The position numbers and the translations under genes are program-made. The notes under the pieces were generated by a model. The model was not told the origin of the DNA. It worked only from the letters and a program-made list of their open reading frames with translations, and did not search any database. Below, in pieces: positions 51,209 to 59,907 of a stretch of DNA of 59,907 nucleotides; within the stretch, counting starts at the first letter, position 1, and every line of letters begins with the position of its first letter. Origin of the DNA: Cyanophora paradoxa CCMP329 (taxonomy: Eukaryota; Plantae; Glaucophyta); NCBI GenBank assembly GCA_004431415.1, contig QPMI01000314.1, positions 1 to 59,907 on the forward strand. Direction: 5' to 3'.

Positions 51209-51984
51209 ATGTTGGACAGGCGCGACGACCGAGAACGCCGAAATCGAGGACATGCTATAGATGGTCTAAATATGATCAGTATAGCCACAGAGCTTTGCTG
51301 GGCGCTGCCTGGCGGCTTATACCTCGCTTCCTCGACGCTTCCTGCCTTCCCCGGAGTCGACCCCTCGATCCGAGTTGACACAGGTACCCTTCGATCTGAC
51401 GAGCAGAAACGACCAAGTTTCCAGCGGATCAGACGGCCACTTCCCAGCCAGTCTAGTACGAAGTGTGCGCATTCACCGCTCTTCGGCACCGCGTCACTGA
51501 GCTGTGTCCGGCAATCGACTTCCACGCTGGTTGCGCGCACCGTCCGGGTGCGTCAGACGCGCGCAGCGCGATGCCTACGCCGAGCCTTACATCCAGTTGC
51601 GCGTCCAGTGACCGAGCTGAGCGAGGGACATCATGGTCAAGGATTCTTCAGCCAAGCTTTCCAAGAGCGAGGTTGACGTGCGTCTCGATCTTACTTTATC
51701 GCCTTGTTATGTCGCGCTGAACCCTCTCGTTAGCAATATCGGCGCAACCTTGGAAACAGGTTCGAGCCTATGCACATCGGCGGTTCGACGCCACGCTCTT
51801 TGACTAATTGGGCGTTTACAGAGAGAAGAACCTCGATCGAGGTGCGCGGAATGCGATCCACAATGCAGCTGTTCGCCGTCAGTCCTCCAAGGCTGCCACT
51901 GGCGATTTCTTGAAATGGGCCTTCATTGTGATTGCTGTGCTCCTCGGGGTTCTAATCATCCTTCTGCCCTTCATGAAGCGGTAA
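51209..51984 (+). CDS. Small hypothetical tail-anchored membrane protein
   Basis: The last exon encodes GDFLKWAFIVIAVLLGVLIILLPFMKR* with GT-AG-like gaps upstream. The start is tentative. Confidence 0.4.
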
Positions 51985-51991
51985 TTTAGAA

Positions 51992-52689
51992 AGAGCAGAC
52001 ATGTACAGATTTCGAATTTTTCGATGTTGCTGCATCATGGCATATGCACTGCACTCGTTTCGTACCGATGAGTTATTGGATGACGAAGCTATCCGGAAGG
52101 AATGATATTCCCGTCGCATCCCGTCGCAATGAATGAAGGACGCAAAGGTTGGTACCGCGTCGCATCAAGAAGCAGCACCGGAGCACTCGCTATCCCCTGA
52201 ATCGCCTGCATGCCGGGGCAGTCAGATCGAAATCAAACTTACGAAATTGAAACCGAAATTGCCAAGTTGAGGAGCGCACTTTTGTCCGGATCCAACGCAA
52301 TGGCCGTCGGGCGTCACGGCGTTTATCGAAGAGCGTATTCGACTCCGGATCCCCAGAGCAGGCCCACGGCTGCGGCGGCCGCCATGTACATCCCACACGT
52401 GTACCCCGGACTTGAGGTTTGTATTCGTATCCAAATGCTCAAACCCCATTCGCACGACCTCAAACCCCCATTTGTCCATCAAACCCTCATTCTTGTTAAA
52501 ATGTGTGCAAGGTGCGGCCGCGGTGTAGGCTGAACCACGCCAGTGCTCCTCGAAATCTCTTTACAATGGATGAACTTGTTGTACTCTACAAATCCGTCTG
52601 CTCCCTCCTGTAGCAGAGCTGAGTTAAACATCAGGCCTGAAACAATATATATGGCGATCCCACCTGAAACCACATGGCGATCGCTGTGT
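51992..52689. repeat. Direct repeat copy A (~700 bp): diverged duplicate of the 3' end of the beta-helix gene
   Basis: Colinear similarity with 52900-53603, from agagcagacat...tcgaatttttcgatgttgctgcat to accacatggcgat..gctgtgt. Confidence 0.85.
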
Positions 52690-52899
52690 AGACCGCGAGT
52701 AGGATCCTGCGCACCCGTAGTTTAGAAAGAACAGATCTAGACAGATCGATTGCACACATGCTGTCTTCTCGGGGTTCTAATAACATTTGGACACGTACTG
52801 AAAACGCAAGTCCGGGCTACAACCCCAATCGCAATTCCAATTCGTCCAACCCGTGCCGGCGCCGGCGCCGGGTTATAATTACTAAATTAAAGTTAATCG

Positions 52900-53603
52900 A
52901 GAGCAGACATATACGCATGTACAGATTTCGAATTTTTCGATGTTGCTGCATTGCACTCGTATCGTACTGAACGATTAGGGATTGAACGACGAAGCTAAGG
53001 TTGGCCGTCGACGTCTTTCATTGCGATTACGCTCAGGGGTTGGGCGACGAAGCTAAGGTTGGAAGTCTTTGATTGCGATTGCGATTACGCTTATGTGTTG
53101 GACGACAAGCCACCCGGAAGGTGCCGCATCACATCAAGAAGCAGCTCCGGGGCACTCGCTATCCCCTAGATCACCTGCATGCCGGGGCGGTCAGATCGAA
53201 ATCAAACTTCCGAAATTGAAACGGAAATTGAGTAGCGCACTTTTGTCCAACGCAATGGCGTTTACCGAAGAGCGCACTTGACTCCGGATCCCCAGAGATC
53301 CCACCAATGTACATCCCACACTTGTATCCCGGACTTGAGGTTTGGATTCGTGTCCGAATGCTGAAACTCCCATATGCAAGATCGCAAAACCCCAATTGTC
53401 CATCAAACCTTCATTCTTGTTGAATTGTATGCAAGGTGCGGTGAAGGCTGAACCACGCCAGTGCTCCTTGAGATCTCTTTACAATGTGTGAACTCGTTGT
53501 ACTCTACGAATCCGTCTGCTCCCTCCTGCAGCAGAGCTGGGTCAATCATCAGACCTGAAACAATATGGCGATCTCACCTGAAACCACATGGCGATTGCTG
53601 TGT
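52900..53603. repeat. Direct repeat copy B (~700 bp), overlapping the last exons of the beta-helix gene
   Basis: Colinear with 51992-52689. Confidence 0.85.
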
Positions 53604-56137
53604 CTCGAATTGTGTTGTAACGTATGATAGGCGAAACTTGCTGTGAGAGCAAGATGCCCGCAGAAGAAGAGTGCGAGATGATATTGAATTCAAGAGTGGC
53701 CCTTGTTCCTACTTTGCCGAAAGGAGCTCTCAGATGAATTCCAACGCCGCAAGACGTCACAGCACAGCTTTCGTTTCGTCGTGATCGCGATCGATCAGTT
53801 TGGAGCTTGAAAGTGGCAAGCAGGGCATATCTTGCGTACCCGGCAATGAACGGATTAGTGCGCATCGTCTCGATGGCAATTCCAACCTTGCGATTTCAAG
53901 CTGAGACACATACACACATGTATGTGCTGGCAGCGACGAGCAATCTTACCAGCTGGCACTGCTCAATCAGACAATCCTCGACAGCTCCCACAGACTCATC
54001 TGCACATCAGACTCATGATCATCTGCACATCAATTATATTGATTGTAGAAAAATCACAGACCTGAGAAACATACTCCAGTTCCTGCTCCTCTGATAGTCG
54101 ACCTTCGCACCAAAGCTTGACCAGTGCTGTCAATCTCAAGGAGTGTAGATGCCGGTTTGCTGAGGAACTCCGCATCGTGCTTTCTGGCCTCCTCCCGGGC
54201 TCCTCTAGCTGATTCATCTGAAACTCTCAGCCTTGGGCGGTTGACTGCAGCTGGTGAAGCGCCTTCTGCCATGCCAAGGCTACACTTGATGTCAGGGCGT
54301 CTGTCCAACGTACATCCCGTCATGTTGGCTGGACCGAAAAGTCGACACTTGTCGATGAACAATCGCCCTCCCCGAACTCTAACTGCAACGCCATTTACGC
54401 CAGTCTCGATCTCCAGAGTCAAGTTTTGAAGAACCACGGTCAGGTTGCCATCAAGCTCATGAACACCGGATCCAACCGACATGATCCAGCGTGGTGCCCG
54501 GAGCACAACCTCGGCTGCGGCGCCCTGACCTATAATTCGCAATGACTTGTTGATGATAATTCCTGGCTCAGGGACAGCGTAAATTCCAGGTTTTACAAGG
54601 ATAGTGTCATTGGGGCTCGCTGCTTTGATTGCATCTTCGAGTGACCGAAAAGTGTTGAAAGCGAGATGTTGGGAAACCTTCCCGGCAGCTTCGCTCATTG
54701 ACAGCTCATCATCAACCCGTGCTGTGTTCCGTGTGAAAGCACTCAATCTCCTCCACAGTCGTCCAACTGAAGCAGCTGGAGCAGCTGGAGCAGCTGGGGC
54801 AGCTGGAGCAGCTGGGGCAGCCGAAGAAGCTGGCCATGGAACGGCTGGAGCAGCTGGAGCAGTTGGAGCAGCTGGAGCAGTTGGAAAAGGTAGCGCTCGC
54901 CCGTTTGCTTTGACACGAGTGGGCAGCTGGATGGCGGGCGGGGCAGATGATCGTCCTGCCGAAAGCTGCCGCGTCGACGTCGAGGGCCGCCTCGGAGACT
55001 CGCACTCCTGCAACGCAGAGCTACGCCACGGCGACTTCAGTGGTTGCGGGGCCTCGACGCGCAGCACGCGCCCCTCTTGGAACGGGCTTAGAAGAGCACC
55101 GGCGTCCAACAAAGCTGCCGGATCTGGAACAGCGGCTCTTCCAGGGTGCCCCGCCGCTCCCCACAGCGGCTCTTCCAGGCTCTCTGGGTAGAGAAGCGGC
55201 GCCGGCGACAGCTCGAGGTGCCTAAGAAGGCTCTCCGCCACGTGGGACCTGCCATCCAGCAACTGAGCGAGCGCAGCCCGAGCTTAGCTCCACTGCACAA
55301 AAACACAGATGAACAAGAAAAGCAAACCATCCAGCTGCCTGCCCGGTGCCGCCCACAGGGCCGGGGGGGGCCACAGCCTGGTTCACTGGGCCTGGCGTGC
55401 TGACTGTACGCGTTCTCTTGCGGTGATCGGCAGGCTGCCGGGCAATCAAGGTACGTGATTTCGCGGCTCTGATTTCGCCCAGCCGCTGTGCCTGTCACCC
55501 ACGTCGTCGCGTTGACTGTCACCCACGTCGTCGTCGGCGAGGTGGCCGCGAAGGCGTTGTACGCGATGCCACTGATCAGCTGCTGCTCGGCGGCGTAGCT
55601 AACGTACGGCGATGCTGTGGGCGGCGTTTCGGCGTCAAAAACGGTGGCTGGAAGTGGAAAGAAGCCGGGCGCGACGCCGGCGCCGCCGCACGAACCCGCC
55701 TGGAGCAAGCGCCGGGACTTCGCGAGGTCGGCGAGGACGCCATTGGAGGCTTCGGGCTTCAACGTGAAGGCCGGATCATCGAAATAAGCTGCAAGCGATG
55801 TTGTTGGTTTGACGGACGAAAGCTGGACGAAAGTTGAGGTTTGACGGACGAAAGTTGGACGAAAGGAAAGCTCACAGTTGCGGTACCCCTTCACGCCCGC
55901 AGAACGGACAGCTGCAGGGCCCTGCGCGAGCCGGCTACGCCGACCACGCCGGAAAACAGCGCTACAGTGAGTCTCCCCGCGCACTGGTCCTTTCACCCCG
56001 CTCACGCCCCGCACGGCCAGCCTCCCGCGAACGACCAGGAATGAACACGGTGCGATACAAACGAGCACGACCCCCGCTAGCGCACGTATGCTAGCGCTCG
56101 CCTCGCCCCGCTCTCGCGCGATCTGGCCCGACGCCAT
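53403..56137 (-). CDS. Right-handed parallel beta-helix (pectin-lyase/CASH-like) protein with Ala-Pro linker; 5' structure uncertain
   Basis: FRSLEDAIKAASPNDTILVKPGIY...IIINKSLRIIG, VVLQNLTLE, NIISHSSSAGILL...PIIRYNTIRD and MWFQ|EGADGFVEYNEF, with (APA)n at ~54770-54885. The 55440-56137 part may be a separate gene. Confidence 0.55.
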
Positions 56138-56544
56138 CCCGGCTGCTTTCGCCTAGGTTTCGACCTAGGGTAAGTAGACCTAGGTTTCGATCTCGAGCTT
56201 CGGTATTCGATTTCGATTTTCGACGTCACTTGCCTATCTGACTGAGCCCATGGATTCGACCGGCGGCCCACTGCTAGCCAAACAGCTACCAGGGCTAGTC
56301 CAGATGTCGTGTCTCTGAAATGCATTCGACGCAACGCGTGAACATTGGGCCAGCTGCAGGCGTCGGCGGGGGACTCCGGGAATAAGCCCATATATAGCTA
56401 GATAAAGTAAGCAGCGGCACCAGCTGCAATCGCCTCTAGCGCTGACTGGCCGAGCTCGAGGGGCGGCTCTAGATCTGTGCCACGGTGCATCTGCATGCTT
56501 GAAGCGCGACGCGAGCCTATAAGCACTTACAATTAATGAATCTC

Positions 56545-58032
56545 TCAACCAAGGCTCATGGGCTCGGGCGCGCCGGCGCCGGTGCTGAACGCGGGAACGA
56601 GGGCGGCGAACCAGGGGAGAGAGCGGACGGCACCGAAGTCGGGGTCGAGGGCGGCGGGGCCGCGGGCGGCGGGGGGCAGGCTGGCGAGCGCGGCACGGCA
56701 GGCGTCGAGGGCGCCGCTGAGGGCCCGCGTGGCGGCAAGATTGTAGAGCACGTCGTCGTCCCTCCGTGTCCGTAGGGCCGCCTCGTAGGCCCGCGCGGCG
56801 GCCTCCAGCAGGGGCCCGGGGCCGGGGCCGGATCCGGAGGCGCGGGGTAGCTTGGCGCGGGCGAGGAGGGCGTCTCCGAGGCCCGCGGAGGCCTCGAAGT
56901 CGCCCAGCGAGATCCGCAGCGCCGCCTCGTACCGCCTGCACGCCGCCTTCAGAACCTCGTCCGCCCTTCTCAGCTCCTCCCCGCGCCCCCTGCCTTCGGG
57001 TGAGGCGGGCAGCGCCAGGAGAAGGGACGGGCTGCGGTCGCGCGCACGGCTCCGGGAGGGCGGCGGCGGCGCGGGCGATGGCGTCGGCGCGGGTGGAGAG
57101 GGCGTCGCCGTAGAGCGTGAGGGCGTCCGAGTCCCGCGGCCTCAGCTCGAGCAGGCGGTCCAGCGTCGCGCACGCCCGCCCACAGCGCGCCTCCGCCTCC
57201 GGCCCCAGGGCCTCCGCCGCCCGGTGCTGCGCGTCCGCCGCCGATATGAGTGCGTCCGATGCCTCCGCGCGCCACTCGGCCTCCGAGAGGCGGCCAGCCT
57301 GCCGCTCCCGCTCGAGCTGCGCAACCGCCCGCCCGTAGAGACTGTCCGCCGCGTCCATGTGCCCCGCCGCCTCCGCCGCCCGCCCCTCCCGCGCCTCGCG
57401 CTCCGCGAGCCGCGCGAGCACCGCCGCGTGGTTGCAGGCGACCTCCGGATCCGTCTCCCCGTCCTCGTAGCACGCCGCCGCACGCGCGTACGCGTCTGAG
57501 GCCTCGTGAAGCAGCGAGCGGGGCGACGGGGGCGCGGCGCCGCCGCTGGGGCCCGGCAGCGGCGACCCGCCCTCCTCCAGCATCGCTTGCAGCATCTCAG
57601 CTTGCTCGCTAAGCGCGTTGCCCAGATTGTTCAGGCTCTGCGTGCGCAAGGATGGGTTACCCGCGGCTGTATGCTGTTGGGAAGCGGCTGAACCTCAGGG
57701 TTGAGCTGCACGATGGAAATGGCGAGCCGAAGGCGCTCCGCCGCCGATCCGAACGCGTCGAATGCCCGCAGCCAGCCCTCCTCCTTCTTCGCGAGCTCCC
57801 CGAGAGCGTGCGAGCATCCAGCAGCGTTGAATATCGCCTCGAGCGCATCGGCATCCCCACCGCACGCATTGTAGGCCCAGATCGCCTCATTGTACAGGCG
57901 CGCCGCCTCCGTTGGCTTCCTGTGCGCTGCCTTCTCCGCCGCTTCCTGCAGAGCGTACGCTGTATTGAAGGGACTGGAACTCTCTGCAGCTGGGACAGCA
58001 GGCGCCTGCTTCGCTGGCTTCTTCTTTGACAT
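56545..58032 (-). CDS. TPR-containing protein
   Basis: SLNNLGNALSEQA, ALTLYGDALS and C-terminal LYNLAATRAL...DPDFGAVRSLPWF, typical of TPR end-capping segments. Confidence 0.7.
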
Positions 58033-58289
58033 ACTCCCCCTCTCTTGCTAAATCTGTACCTCCCAGGTCCTCCCGGACCTGGACATGGCCATATGAAATC
58101 AAATAATCAAATCCCAGCCCAGCCCAGCGCAGCTCGCATTCGCAGCCTTGCTGGCGGCGCGGCCTTGCTTCAGAGGCCGTGCGATCAGGGCCAGCCAGGT
58201 CCAACCGAGAACTTGCCCCGGCCAAAAGAGAAAGTATTATTGGGGAGTGTACAGGGGTGAAGGGGCCGAGAGGGAGCGGCGGGGGCGGG

Positions 58290-59898
58290 TTACATGATGC
58301 GGGCGCCGGTGCCCTCCTCCTCGGGCGTGAGGTAGCGGTACACACCACTGCGCGCGCGCCGGTCAGCGGCCGGCCGGCGGCGACGAGGGCTGGCGCTTGG
58401 CGGGGCGGGTCGGGGCGGGGCGGGGCGGGGCGGACCCCTGGCGGTAGCGTTTGAGGTACTCGGAGGAGATGGGCTCGAGGGCGTGGATGGTGGCGACGCC
58501 GAGGTCGGCGAAGGAGGCGGCCTTGGGGTCCGCCACGACGTCCACCGTCTGCCGCCGCACCCAGTCCTCCGTCATCAGCGGCGTCAGGTTCGCCTTCTGC
58601 ACCTGGCCCAGTGCCCGGCCCACGTACCTGCCCGCCCCGCGTCGGCCTCGCCCCGCGCCGGGACGGGGGCGGGGCGGGGCGGCGGGGCGGCGCACATAGC
58701 GAACTTCGCGGGGACGGCGATGGTGTTGTCGTCGCGGAAGGTCTTGGCGATGACGTAGTCGTAGAGCTCGCGCATGGTGTAGACCTTGGGGCCGCCCAGC
58801 TCGAACGTCCGCCCCGCCGCCGCCTCGCTCGCGATCGAGTTGAGCACCGCGACGGCCACGTCGTTCACCTGCCCGCCGCCCGCTCGCGCGGCCCGGTACG
58901 GCGCGGGGTGGGGCGGGCGGGGCGGGCGGGGCGGACCCAGACGGGCTGGACCTTGTTGGCGCCGTTGTCGACGACGATCTGCTTGGGGAAGGAACGGGCG
59001 AAGGTGGCGATGTTGTTGAGGAAGAGATCCTCGGTGCCGAACATGTGCGCCGGCCGCAGCACGACCGCCTCGGGGAACGCCTCCCGCACCGCCTGCTCCC
59101 CCGCCAGCTTGCTCTTCGCGTAGTCCGACACCGTGTCCTTCCCCGCCGCCAGGCACGACACGTGCACCATCCGGTCGACGCCCATCTCTTTCGCGATCTG
59201 CGGCCGCTGTCAGCGGTGCGCGGCGGCTGCGAGGCGGCGGCGGGCGCGGGCGGGCGGGCCTTGGCGATGCGCTGCGCGCCCTCGACGTTGACGGCGTCGA
59301 GCGTGAAGTTGCGCGTCTCAAAGTCGCGGCCGAGGCAGTTTACGACGACGTTGGAGCCCTCGATGGCCCGCTCGATCGACTTCTCGTCCCGCAGGTGGAA
59401 CTCCATCGGCACGATCTGCCCCAGGTCGCCCATGACCTGCGCGCCCTTCTCAGCCGACTGCCGCACGCCTGCTACGTTCTTCGGCGCGCCTTCAGGTGCC
59501 GGTAGTTGTTCTCGTCGCCACGCCACGGGATGATGACCTGCGACCCGATTTTGCCTGGCAGCCGCCCGCGATCAGTGCGTCGCAGGAAGTGCCAGCCGGG
59601 CAGTCGAACCGAGCTGGCTAACGACGTAGCGCCCAAGGAAGCCGGTGGAGCCGAACACTGCAGGCGGCGGCTCTCAGGGAAAGAAGCACCCGGCGTCCTG
59701 GCGGCACTCATCGCGGACCAGTGGCTACGATTCCCGACACCGAAGAGCGCCCGCCGCCGAGGCGAACAACCAGCGCCATGCCCCGCTGAGACTTTTCGGT
59801 CACGTTTCGACGTGGCGGCCTCGCGGGGGTGAAACCTTTTGCATGTGCGTAGCTGGCATTGTTGCGCGAGCGAGCGCCGACGGGCCCGCGCCAGGCAT
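58290..59898 (-). CDS. NDUFA9: NADH:ubiquinone oxidoreductase 39-kDa subunit (SDR family), about 8 introns; start may lie slightly outside the window
   Basis: [68 protein letters not shown]|VNDVA and GRTFELGGP. Confidence 0.95.
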
Positions 59899-59907
59899 TT
59901 TGTCGTG

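Noticed and set aside
51992-53603. LTR pair or degenerate Harbinger-type transposase
   Set aside because: The copies are only ~210 bp apart, have no TG...CA ends or internal genes, and their coding part is better explained as the last exon of the adjacent beta-helix gene.
55808-55866. Short direct repeats (tttgacggacgaaag...)
   Set aside because: A simple local slippage duplication with no spacer structure or other support.

Overview
GC-rich, gene-dense eukaryotic nuclear DNA with many short spliceosomal introns (about 50-110 nt). Nuclear cyanobacterial-type minD and minE with N-terminal extensions (MAAF..., MAY...) point to an alga with a primary plastid, most consistent with a glaucophyte such as Cyanophora (inference). 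Bases 1-18663 are the 3' part of one giant, apparently intronless gene (about 6200 codons in the window). It is built from 39- and 51-aa Gly/Thr/Asn/Val repeats with a hexapeptide rhythm and ends in three Cys/Trp-capped domains, resembling a phage tail-fibre or beta-fibre adhesin. Its frameshifts look like long-read deletion errors. The rest holds about 20 genes, mostly on alternating strands: ACT-domain phosphoserine phosphatase, TatD, Mu-like GST, a convergent minD/minE pair, U1-70K, a PrmA-like methyltransferase, a ZBBX-like protein, a TPR-GT2 protein, CTF18, a beta-helix protein with a duplicated 3' end, a TPR protein, NDUFA9 and several hypotheticals. The most notable observations are (1) the giant fibre-like protein, (2) a very high share of GC-AG introns with a non-canonical G(T/C)SCGC donor and C-rich 5'/G-rich 3' halves, and (3) the adjacent nuclear minD-minE pair. 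Gene models were spliced by eye, so exon boundaries and some starts are approximate.
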